A DNA stretch of 64,000 bases from Thermoanaerobaculia bacterium (GTDB lineage: Bacteria > Acidobacteriota > Thermoanaerobaculia > Multivoradales > JAGPDF01). The notes under the pieces were generated by a model that was given only the letters and a program-made list of their open reading frames with translations, had not been told where the DNA came from and searched no databases. Made by a program: the position numbers and the translations under genes. Position 1 is the first letter of the stretch; the number at the start of each line of letters is the position of its first letter. This document shows, one piece after another, positions 1 through 7,085 of the stretch. Where the stretch lies: contig CAVRCL010000013.1 of NCBI GenBank assembly GCA_963719555.1, positions 1,463-65,462 of the forward strand, in the 5' to 3' direction.

Positions 1-361
1 GTCCAACGAGACAACATCCTTGGGCATTCATCTCTTTCAGTCGAGACAACCCTTCCTGCACCAGCGCTTTGCCGATGCCCTGCCGCTGGTATTCCGGCAA
101 CACTGAAACAGGCCCTAGGCCATACCAATCTCGAGTGCCGTCGGAAACGATTACGGGAGAAAAAGCGATATGTCCGACTACGCAGCCATCTGCTTCTGCG
201 ACAAGCGACACCGAAAGAGCCTTAGCGGCGCGCAACGCCAGGATGATGAATTGCTCAGTGTGATTGCTGATCTCCAGCGTCTTGAACGCGGCCGCTGTCA
301 CGTCGGTGATTGCGCCGACATCGGCCTCTGTTTCGTTCCTAACCTTAACCGTTTGATTCAT
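1..361 (-). CDS. GNAT family N-acetyltransferase (YhbS-like); 3' end lies outside the window
   Basis: Own reverse-strand translation from ATG at 359-361: MNQTVKVRNETEADVGAITDVTAAAF...VVGHIAFSPV...WYGLGPVSVLPEYQRQGIGKALV. QRQGIG matches the GNAT acetyl-CoA motif (Q/R-x-x-G-x-G/A). Not in the ORF track because the frame runs off the window edge. Confidence 0.75.
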   Translation of the reverse strand, partial: MNQTVKVRNETEADVGAITDVTAAAFKTLEISNHTEQFIILALRAAKALSVSLVAEADGCVVGHIAFSPVIVSDGTRDWYGLGPVSVLPEYQRQGIGKALVQEGLSRLKEMNAQGCCLVG

Positions 362-420
362 GACCTTCTTCTTTCTGCTGTGATAGGTCCCGCAAAAGAA
401 TGTTGGGGGGGAAGAGGCGG

Positions 421-489
421 GGAGGGGCACGAGAAAAGCACAGGTCACAGGGGGGCACAGGGTCAGAGGGCGCAGAGGGGCACAGGGTC
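421..489. repeat. G-rich degenerate direct repeats in the GNAT/brnA intergenic region
   Basis: Exact 13-mer GGGGCACAGGGTC at 452-464 and 477-489 (25-bp period). Related GGGGCAC / CACAGGTCACAG variants at 424-450. Confidence 0.8.
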
Positions 490-557
490 TTGCTCTTTGC
501 GCACTGCTTGGAGATCTGCTGTTCTAGCCTGCCGCTTGGCAACCCAGTTGCTCGGCG

Positions 558-597
558 CAAAATACAAGACCCCAGCTTTCCCCTGCGATTTGGGGTC
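558..597 (-). terminator. Putative intrinsic terminator after the brnA-like gene
   Basis: On the minus-strand RNA, 6 nt after the stop (603-605): GACCCCA-(16 nt)-UGGGGUC stem (568-574 / 591-597) followed by UUGUAUUUU. Confidence 0.4.
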
Positions 598-602
598 GCA
601 GC

Positions 603-830
603 TTAGTCGCTTGTTCGGCTTGTCGATGCCTTTGCTATCCTGATCAAAGACAATAGCGCCTCGTTCACAGCGTCTTCGGATGGGAAAGCTTCGGCAACTT
701 CAGGTCTTAACAGGACGAGATTATGTGCCTCCGTATAAGATTTATAGTGTTTGCCGCGCACACCAATGCCTAAATCTTCGCGCTTGTACTCTGGGCGCAT
801 CTCATCGTCGTTCGCATCAGCCGTTTTCAT
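603..830 (-). CDS. Putative antitoxin partnered with a DUF497/BrnT toxin (BrnA-like)
   Basis: 75-aa ORF. ...DDEMRPEYKREDLGIGVRGKHY...NLVLLRPEVAEAFPSEDAVNEALLSLI follows the pattern I recall for small antitoxins encoded next to DUF497 toxins. Its ATG (828-830) overlaps the tail of the upstream brnT remnant (stop 817-819). Confidence 0.55.
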   Translation of the reverse strand: MKTADANDDEMRPEYKREDLGIGVRGKHYKSYTEAHNLVLLRPEVAEAFPSEDAVNEALLSLIRIAKASTSRTSD

Positions 831-990
831 AAATCTCTCTTTCTTGCTTACTCATCTTGCGAGCGCTAATGATTCGGGTAACACCTTGCCTCTCAGTGTA
901 TGACACGATAAGCAGCTTATCGGTTCTTGTCATTCCAAAAGTCAGGAAGCGCATTTCCTCCGTTGAGTGATCTGGGTCATTAAAAAAGTC
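817..990 (-). pseudogene. brnT: BrnT (DUF497) toxin, 5'-truncated remnant
   Basis: Own translation: ...DPDHSTEEMRFLTFGMTRTDKLLIVSYTERQGVTRIISARKMSKQEREIYENG*, which matches the C-terminal half of DUF497/BrnT (..VvyTeR.d.iRIISARka...Er..Y). In-frame TAA at 991-993. The N-terminal half is absent, and homology stops where the repeat array starts. Confidence 0.7.
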
Positions 991-994
991 TTAA

Positions 995-1148
995 AAGAGT
1001 CGGGGTCATAAAAGTCGCATACATAAAGTTGGGGTCAGGTCTTGACTTACGTACATAAAGTCGGGGTCACGTACATAAAGTCGCATAAAGTCGGGGTCAC
1101 GCATACATAAAGTCGGGGTACATAAAGTCGGGGTCAGGTCTTGACTTA
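995..1148. repeat. Tandem array of a ~16-20 bp unit CATAAAGTCGGGGTCA
   Basis: Copies at 1022-1037 (one mismatch), 1054-1069, 1084-1099, 1106-1120 and 1121-1136. Short variant CATAAAGTCG(CAT) at 1074-1086. Degenerate copies at 996-1020. Units are head-to-tail with no unique spacers. GGGGTCAGGTCTTGACTTA occurs twice in direct orientation (1031-1049, 1130-1148). Confidence 0.9.
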
Positions 1149-1196
1149 TGCCTTGGCCCGGCTCCCAAGCTTGGGAATAAGTCAAGACCTGACCCC
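1130..1196. repeat. Perfect 19-bp inverted repeat (hairpin) with a nested palindrome
   Basis: GGGGTCAGGTCTTGACTTA (1130-1148) is the exact reverse complement of TAAGTCAAGACCTGACCCC (1178-1196). The 29-nt loop contains the palindrome CCCAAGCTTGGG (1164-1175). Followed by GTCTTTTTA. Confidence 0.9.
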
Positions 1197-1202
1197 GTCT
1201 TT

Positions 1203-1303
1203 TTAGGAGTCGATTTCGTCAAGAAGCGCTCGCGCAAGAATGTTCTGTTCTAACGCGGGAGCTTTGATGCGATCTCAAAGGCTTTCTCAAGCAAGCTAGT
1301 CAT
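1203..1303 (-). pseudogene. N-terminal stub of a small antitoxin-like protein (frameshifted, 3'-truncated)
   Basis: ATG at 1301-1303 gives MTSLLEKAFEIASKLPR*. One frame over it continues ALEQNILARALLDEIDS*. Joined, this reads MTSLLEKAFEIASKLP-ALEQNILARALLDEIDS, the N-terminal pattern I recall for RelE/ParE-associated antitoxins (MTSLLEKAF.EASKLPE.EQ...A..LLEEL). It ends at the hairpin repeat. Confidence 0.4.
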
Positions 1304-1438
1304 GGCACCCCTCATCTTGCCTTACATACAGATGCTGAAAAAAGAAGAGGAAAAGGATCTGCCCCCTTTTCTCCCGCCCCACGCGGGCTAGCGAACTAGG
1401 TAAACTGTCCCCGGAAATTCGCCCGGAACTCCGGAGCA

Positions 1439-1484
1439 CCTTTCACCTAATTGAGCCTGGCCCCTTTTCACCTCCTTTTCACCT
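1439..1484. repeat. Short direct repeats CCTTTTCACCT
   Basis: Exact 11-mer in tandem at 1463-1473 and 1474-1484. One-T-shorter copy at 1439-1448. Overlaps the premature end of the AlbA_2 fragment. Confidence 0.85.
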
Positions 1485-1761
1485 TCCATCAACACCAACT
1501 ACGTTAAATGTAGAAATATCATATGGCTCAACGAGTCTTTTGGCGCGGCTATAGACATTCAATGCAGTCTGAGTATTTACACCAATGATGTCGCCAGCAT
1601 CTGCCACACCCAGCAGGATATTGCCTCCGTTCGAGTTCTGAAAAGCACTCAGCAACTTGGCAAGGGTCTGTGGGGGCGGCACGCTTGACTTGAACTCGAG
1701 TGTTGGCCCCTCTCCAAGAGAGATCGCAGCAAAGCAAATCTTCTGTACTCGAAATTTTCAT
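1479..1761 (-). pseudogene. AlbA_2 (Schlafen-like DNA-binding) domain protein, frameshifted and truncated after ~90 codons
   Basis: ATG 1759-1761 gives MKISSTEDLLCCDLS. The frame then slips at a CT-repeat (~1712) into ...SLGEGPTLEFKSSVPPPQTLAKLLSAFQNSNGGNILLGVADAGDIIGVN. The (T/V)LEFK and SAFxNxxGGxxxxGV motifs are characteristic of AlbA_2. Stop at 1479, far short of full-length family members. Confidence 0.55.
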
Positions 1762-1796
1762 TTAATCACGGAACACTAACGCCACGTAACGCAAAG

Positions 1797-2531
1797 CTAA
1801 CCGGCAGCCGAAAGTGCGCAAGCACTTTGGGCTGTCGGGTTTAGTGCATGGTTAGCTCCAATATATCGACGATGTTCTATTACATCCAATACTTGCACTG
1901 CCAAGTCGTGGAGGACCAGAAACGCCGCATTTTCATATTCTGTATATTCATCTACAGACTTAATCGTCATGATTCTTCCATGTGCGATATCATTCCGCCG
2001 TGACACGAGCGCCCCTTATTCTTGGACGTGATTCTTCTAAGGCACTAGATATTATTCCAACCCTTGCGCATTCTCGTTCGAATATATTAGGCCATAAATT
2101 ACTTTCTGTTTCGAGCCGACAGTCAGCGTGAAACACTGCGCTTTTGTTAACCTCGATGGGCAGTGTTAACCCGAAGAACTCCCACAGTGATCTTGCGTCC
2201 GTATTCCCTCGCAGCATTCGAAAAAGCTTTTCTAAGGCAAGAACCTGAAACTCCTTTGAGAGATCCTTACAAAGACATGCTCGCTTTCTACTTCGTCCAG
2301 CAAAAACTCCCAAGCAAACTTCGTAAACCCCTCAAAATGTGCATACAGAAGAGTCCAGCACGCACGCAATGTCGCATTGTAAATGACCTCATTATCAGCA
2401 TTTACAATCGCCAGTCGCTTTAGCGATGCCAAATTCAGCTTCTCTCCAGCGAAGATCAGCCTCTAATTCGTCCGCCGGGCCTTTCATGCTGCCCTGAATG
2501 CTTCCGTGGCGAGTTTAATCCTTGTTTCCAT
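1797..2531 (-). pseudogene. HEPN-domain nuclease resembling the MAE_28990/MAE_18760 family (at least 3-4 frame breaks as assembled)
   Basis: Pieces fall in three frames: ELEADLRWREAEF / SLKRLAIVNADNEVIYNATLRACWTLLYAHFEGFTKFAWEFLLDEV / ...LSKEFQVLALEKLFRMLRG... / GALVSRRNDIAHGRIMTIKSVDEY. LLYAHxEGF and the Rx4-6H motif (RRNDIAH) are seen directly. Breaks near 2486, 2437, 2255 and 2014, mostly at homopolymers. ATG 2529-2531 lies 30 nt after the DUF262 stop. Confidence 0.6.
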
Positions 2532-2560
2532 TTTTTCGCGCGAATTTGCACCAGGTCCTG

Positions 2561-3559
2561 TCACCTCCCGGAACAGCTAGATTGAACAAGTGCTGTGATC
2601 GCATGCCTTAGAGTATGTGGTGCTTTACCTCGAATCTCATTTCTTACATTTGATATGCCAATAGATATTGCTTCGAAATAAGCTGGCGGCAATGACCCTA
2701 CAGGAGAGTCGCCACGATATCGCAAGAACGCCGTATCTCCGAGTTTTTCTCTCGCTAGTTCAAATACTTCGCGGAATATGGCTTCTTCTCCTGCATAATC
2801 AAATACCTGCTTTCCTAACAGAACCTGTTCCATGTAGTTGTCAAGCCAATCGCGCACACTACCTCTGAATAAATCTCTTGCGTTTTTGGTGGCAAAGAAT
2901 CGCAGTACAAGTTCTTCAGCGCCTTTCTTTTCTTTCTCGGGTTGCGGAAGGTATTCGGCACAATCCGAAAAATTGTTGTCTTGAGTCAGCTTCACCAGAA
3001 ACGAATAGAAGTCCACTCCGTTATCGCCGATCATCCGTGCTGAACAGTTTCGGATTTCTTGGGGCTCCAAGTTAGATCCACCAGTATTCAGCCTTTTGAA
3101 CATCTCATATCGAAGAAACCCTTTACTCTGTTTCTTTATCACCACCGTCCTTATTGGAGATCGCTTCAGACCTAGCCGCAAACTCAATGGCAGATCATGG
3201 AACTTCTTGCCGTTTAGTGCAGCAATAAGGGTGCACCCCTCTAGCTCTAAAGGCTCCAAACCGATTGAATCTGGCTCAATGATTGTAAAACAGTACTGGT
3301 TCGCTGCAAACCGTCAATAAGCTCTAACACTCCATTAGGATTTTCAATGACGAAAATCTGCGGGATTGGTAATTCGAGCAAGATCGATTCGATTAGATGC
3401 GACCTTTGTTGATTACTCCAACGAAAGAGGCGTTGATATTCGGGCTGAATGATAAGCTCTTTGTTCCTGTGCAAATTGGCAATCTCGCAAAAACTTCATG
3501 TCAAAGGTATCGGTGCGGACCTCACCAATGCGCGCGCCAATTTCTTCTTCGAGAGTCAT
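2561..3559 (-). pseudogene. DUF262 (ParB-like nuclease/NTPase superfamily) protein, 2 frame breaks as assembled; no DUF1524/HNH half
   Basis: MTLEEEIGARIGEVRTDTFDM | SFCEIANLHRNKELIIQPEYQRLFRWSNQQRSHLIESILLELPIPQIFVIENPNGVLELIDGLQRTSTVLQ | TIIEPDSIGLEPLELEG...EMFKRLNTGGSNLEPQEIRN. QPEYQR..W and IDGxQR are DUF262 signatures. Breaks near 3497 (A-run) and 3285 (T-run). Confidence 0.7.
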
Positions 3560-3581
3560 AGTGTTTCCTTAAAAAAAGGAG

Positions 3582-3611
3582 GAGAAACCGGGGACAGAGA
3601 AACCGGGGACA
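3582..3611. repeat. Exact 15-bp tandem duplication GAGAAACCGGGGACA x2
   Basis: Copies at 3582-3596 and 3597-3611, read directly from the sequence. Sits at the start of a GC-rich ~0.3-kb spacer between parE and the DUF262 gene. Confidence 0.9.
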
Positions 3612-3877
3612 GACCACGGTTCCCTGCAACACTGCTGGTATGCAATCGTTCGTTGCAACGTGTGGGGCACCGCCGAGCGACCGTCGGGACACCAGCATGA
3701 GCACCGATACACCTTTGCCTACACCCTGCACGGGAACCACTGGTCCGCCGTTCCAAGGGACCAGGCTCCTGACACCCTGATCGACTTCCTGAAGACGCTG
3801 TGATTCTGACAACGGCCTCAATGCCGTGGCTATTGGTGCGCAGCCTGCCGGCCGCACACCGTACGGGCCTGCAATTG

Positions 3878-4171
3878 TTAGCGTCTGTATAGCCAATAGC
3901 CTGGCTCACGCCGGTGGTGGGCGATTGCCAGCACCTGGACGATGCCGCGCTGTTCGCGGTAGACAAGATCGAACGGAAAAGCCGTGAACTTAACTCGCCG
4001 GATGTCCGGTGGCCAGACAATCTTATAGCGTTTGGGTCCATTGCAGGCCGCTTCCACGGCCTTTCTAAACGCAGCGTGATAGCGTTTACCCAAGCCCTTC
4101 TGCTTTTCCTCATAGTAGCTGACTTGCCGCTGGTGTTCGTCCGCCGCGTCTGGATGTAGATCGTAGCTCAC
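3878..4171 (-). CDS. parE: ParE/RelE-family type II toxin
   Basis: 97-aa ORF. ...EHQRQVSYYEEKQKGLGKRYHAAFRKAVEAACNGPKRY...IRRVKFTAFPFDLVYREQRGIVQVLAIAHHRREPGYWLYRR fits the ParE/RelE plasmid-stabilisation pattern (RFPY.i.Y....v.vlav.H..R.P.YW). ATGA overlap with the upstream antitoxin. Confidence 0.7.
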   Translation of the reverse strand: MSYDLHPDAADEHQRQVSYYEEKQKGLGKRYHAAFRKAVEAACNGPKRYKIVWPPDIRRVKFTAFPFDLVYREQRGIVQVLAIAHHRREPGYWLYRR

Positions 4172-4392
4172 TTCAGAATGGCTTGTATTTTCTGTTCTAG
4201 TTCTTCGCTCGAGATCAAATTGACTCTTCCTTCGTCTATCTCCTGCGCTCGGCGATCAGCCTCGCGCAACCACATCTGCTGCACCTCGCTTTCGGATGGT
4301 TGATCCAAGCTCTCAAGGAGCTTCTCAGCAAGGTAAGCGCGGCGTTCTATAGAAAGATGCAAGACCGCATCTTCGAGCTCTGTAGTGTTCAT
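4168..4392 (-). CDS. Addiction-module antitoxin (Unstab_antitox-like putative addiction module component)
   Basis: 74-aa ORF MNTTELEDAVLHLSIERRAYLAEKLLESLDQPSESEVQQMWLREADRRAQEIDEGRVNLISSEELEQKI. L..eeR..La..Ll.SL........W..E...R..e...G matches the family as I recall it. Sits immediately upstream of parE, overlapping it. Confidence 0.65.
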   Translation of the reverse strand: MNTTELEDAVLHLSIERRAYLAEKLLESLDQPSESEVQQMWLREADRRAQEIDEGRVNLISSEELEQKIQAILK

Positions 4393-4521
4393 GAAGGTAT
4401 GCTACCAATAAGCCTCTGCTGGCACTAACGTTTGGGTCAGGCGTCCCAATGCTGCGCTGAACTCAGCTTGAGATTCACCACAGAAGCCGCGTCGCGGCAT
4501 TGGGTCGCCTGGAGCCGATGG

Positions 4522-4944
4522 TTAGCCATTTGTTGTTAGTTGGCTAAATTCTTCTTTATGGTCTTGCTGCAATTGTCTCGCTAGCTCAGCTCTTGAACAA
4601 ATGAGTTGAACAGTAGTGCAGCTATATGTTCGTGTATTTGGATCTGCCTCAATTGAGACGATTGCATAGCTTTCATCTGTATCATTATCAACAAGAAGTA
4701 GCTGTCTTGTTTCATGGCGCCCAGACACGAAAATATCTTTTCCAAAAAGCGGGTTTGATTTTGGCAATGAGCTCTTAAGCAAATCTATCCACTCCCCAGA
4801 ACTCTCAAGCGGCATCATTGTCCAGGGGAATTTGAATTCAATTGTTATTTTCTCAGCTACCATCTGTTTCACTTGTGCTGGCAAACTAGTATTGGACGGC
4901 ACGAACGGTCCTGATAAATCGATCCGTGCGCGGGACTTCACCAT
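4522..4944 (-). CDS. Hypothetical protein (no recognisable motif); alternative start at 4863
   Basis: 140-aa low-GC ORF, last gene of the island before the GC break. Non-repetitive composition, unlike the GC shadow ORFs. No family recognised. Confidence 0.35.
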   Translation of the reverse strand: MVKSRARIDLSGPFVPSNTSLPAQVKQMVAEKITIEFKFPWTMMPLESSGEWIDLLKSSLPKSNPLFGKDIFVSGRHETRQLLLVDNDTDESYAIVSIEADPNTRTYSCTTVQLICSRAELARQLQQDHKEEFSQLTTNG

Positions 4945-5005
4945 GTAGCTCCATGTCTGTCAAGGGGATATGCGCGCTTGGGGCCTTCCCCGTTAGAGAC
5001 ACCGA

Positions 5006-5023
5006 GGGTCTTGACTTGTGCCT
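5006..5023. repeat. Partial third copy of the hairpin-arm sequence
   Basis: GGTCTTGACTTGTGCCT (5007-5023) versus GGTCTTGACTTATGCCT (1137-1153): 16 of 17 identical, same orientation. Confidence 0.7.
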
Positions 5024-5520
5024 GCGCGGACGGGGCCACGCGGGCGGGGTCATGGAGCCAGAGCGCACACCGTCGTCTTAACGTCAGCTTACCCCCGTCG
5101 GGCTCGACCGGCTACCTGCAGATGCGATGGTAGACCCTGCCGTCGCTAGAAGAGCGTTCTGCTTGGCCCGCAGGCCCGGTTGACGTGCTGCAAGTACCGT
5201 TGGCCGACCGGCTGGTTCGGCCAGGGGGGCGAGAAACAGGTGCCGGTCGGTTTCGGCGAAAACGATCTCAGTCGGTCGATCCATGTAAAGCGTGACGAAC
5301 CCTTCGGGCTGCCGCTGGGCCCTCCGGCTTCCCGTAGGCGCTCATCGCGAGCCGGCCGCCTGTAACCCCCGTCACCTGTCCGACAAGCCCCCGCCCGCGG
5401 GCCTTGTCGCAAACCCCTCAAGGCCGCCTGGGGACGCTCCTAACTCACTGATCCAGGCTGTCCGGCACGATTGGCCCGCGGCTTGCTTGGTCCTCTCGCA
5501 ACTCAGCGGGGGACAGGCCC

Positions 5521-6678
5521 ATGCAGACCGACATCGCCCAGATCGTCATCAACGACACCACCCTGCGGGACGGGGAGCAGTCCGCCGGGGTCGCCTTCTC
5601 CCTGGCGGAGAAGCTCGCCATCGCCCGGGGGCTCGACGCCCTGGGGGTCCCGGAACTGGAGGTGGGCATCCCGGCCATGGGCGCGGAGGAGCGCGAGTCG
5701 ATTCGCGCCGTCGTGGACCTGGGGCTTGCCGCCCGCCTCATGGCCTGGAGCCGCATGCACCCCGATGACCTGGCCCAGTGCGCCGGGCTTGGGGTGGATC
5801 TGGTGGACCTGTCCATCCCGGTCTCGGACCAGCAGATCGCCCGCAAGCTGGGGCGCGACCGCGACTGGGTGCTGACTCAGGTCCGCCGGCAGGTCCCCGC
5901 GGCCCTGGATATGGGGTTCGAGGTCTGTGTCGGGGCCGAGGATGCCTCCCGGGCGGAGCCCGAGTTCCTCTGGCTGGTGGCCGAGGCCGCCCAGGAGGCC
6001 GGGGCCCGGCGGCTGCGCTTCGCCGACACCCTTGGGGTGATGGACCCCTTCGGCACCCATGAGCGCATCCGGGACCTGCGCGCCTTGTGCGACCTGGAGA
6101 TCGAGATGCACGCCCACGATGACCTGGGGCTGGCCACCGCCAACACCCTGGCGGCGGTGCGCGGCGGGGCGACCCATGTCAACACCACGGTCCACGGCCT
6201 GGGCGAGCGGGCGGGCAATGCCGCCCTCGAAGAGGTGGTCATGGGTCTCAAGCACCTCCACGGCCTCGGGACCGGGGTGGACCTGTCCGGTTACGCGGGA
6301 CTGTCAGGGCTGGTCGCCAGCGCCTCCGGTCGTCCGGTGGGGTGGCAGAAGAGCCTGGTCGGGGATGGGGCCTTCACCCACGAGGCTGGCATCCACGTCG
6401 ATGGGCTCCTCAAGGACCCGCGCAACTACCAGGGCGTGGACCCGGCGGAGCTGGGCCGCGGCCACCTTCTGGTGCTGGGTAAACACTCCGGACGGGGTGC
6501 GGTGCGCCGGGCCTATGCCGATCTGCTGCATGTAGACCTGGACCTGGACCAGGCTGGGTTGGTGCTACCCCTGGTGCGGCGCTTCGTGACCCAGTCCAAG
6601 CGCTCGCCGCGCTCAAAGGACCTGCTAGGGTTCCTGCGCGAGATTCGTCAGCCGGGGCTCGTGGCTCCGCTGCAATGA
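5521..6678 (+). CDS. nifV: Homocitrate synthase, NifV type
   Basis: 385-aa intact [20 protein letters not shown]...[17 protein letters not shown]...[13 protein letters not shown]...[14 protein letters not shown]...[19 protein letters not shown]...[15 protein letters not shown]...[14 protein letters not shown] follows the NifV/DRE-TIM homocitrate synthase pattern throughout. GGGGGA lies upstream of the ATG. Confidence 0.85.
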   Translation: MQTDIAQIVINDTTLRDGEQSAGVAFSLAEKLAIARGLDALGVPELEVGIPAMGAEERESIRAVVDLGLAARLMAWSRMHPDDLAQCAGLGVDLVDLSIPVSDQQIARKLGRDRDWVLTQVRRQVPAALDMGFEVCVGAEDASRAEPEFLWLVAEAAQEAGARRLRFADTLGVMDPFGTHERIRDLRALCDLEIEMHAHDDLGLATANTLAAVRGGATHVNTTVHGLGERAGNAALEEVVMGLKHLHGLGTGVDLSGYAGLSGLVASASGRPVGWQKSLVGDGAFTHEAGIHVDGLLKDPRNYQGVDPAELGRGHLLVLGKHSGRGAVRRAYADLLHVDLDLDQAGLVLPLVRRFVTQSKRSPRSKDLLGFLREIRQPGLVAPLQ

Positions 6679-6715
6679 GTCGCCGCACCCTCATCCCAAG
6701 GTGGAGCCGTATCCG

Positions 6716-7013
6716 ATGAGCGAGGCCGTATTGACGCAAGCCCCAGCCCTGGGCTTCTGGACCCGGATGCGCCTGGACCTGGATTGCGTCTTCGACCGCG
6801 ACCGGCGGCGCGCCCCGCTTCGAGGTGCTGACGACCTACCCGGGGCTGCATGCCATCTTCCTACACCGTATCGCTCACGGGCTCTGGGGGCGCGGCTGGC
6901 GCTGGCTGCCCCGCTTTGTCTCTTACATCGGCCGCATCTGGACGGGGATCGACATCCACCCTGGGGCCAACATCGGGCTGCGCTTCTTCATCGACCACGG
7001 CGGTGGTGTAGTG
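6716..7013 (+). pseudogene. cysE: Serine O-acetyltransferase (CysE / nif-cluster type) N-terminal fragment with two frame breaks
   Basis: [29 protein letters not shown] | PAAR | [66 protein letters not shown]. The (ERDPAA..LEV.LTYPG.HA..HR.AH.LW...[21 protein letters not shown]) pattern is CysE. Breaks at ~6802 and ~6814. Homology stops at 7013, so the hexapeptide-repeat C-terminal half is missing. Confidence 0.7.
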
Positions 7014-7085
7014 CAGGCGACTTCGCAGTCCGCCAGCAGCTCGTCGCCGGCCTCGAGCAGCGGCAGGCCACCCAGAGTCGGTGGC

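Noticed and set aside
995-1148. The possibility that the short-repeat array is a CRISPR array.
   Set aside because: Units are only ~16-20 bp and directly abut one another without unique spacers. No cas genes are present. It behaves as a tandem or satellite-like repeat rather than CRISPR.
3573-3803. Calling the open plus-strand frame in the GC-rich spacer a HicA-like toxin gene.
   Set aside because: It has no ATG, only an internal GTG giving 47 aa. Resemblance to the HicA pattern (G.H....vP....l..gtl..ilk) is faint and could be coincidental. It is kept only as an unexplained-region finding.
5084-5284. 66-aa minus-strand ORF (MDRPTEIVFAETDRHLFLAPLAEPAGRP...) between the island and nifV as a real gene.
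   Set aside because: No recognisable motif. It overlaps other equally plausible GC-shadow ORFs and has no convincing RBS. Left unannotated.
5330-5520. Sigma-54 (-24/-12) promoter and NifA UAS (TGT-N10-ACA) upstream of nifV.
   Set aside because: CGGCACGATTGGCCC and TTGCTT are present, but the GG/GC spacing does not fit GG-N10-GC. The nearest TGT-N10 candidates end in ACC or TCA rather than ACA. This is not good enough to call.
4945-5520. tRNA or tmRNA gene as the integration target at the island boundary.
   Set aside because: Scanning by eye found no T-arm-like GGTTCGAATCC / GTTCRANYC sequence or cloverleaf-compatible segment here or elsewhere in the window. A proper tRNAscan or ARAGORN run is still advisable.
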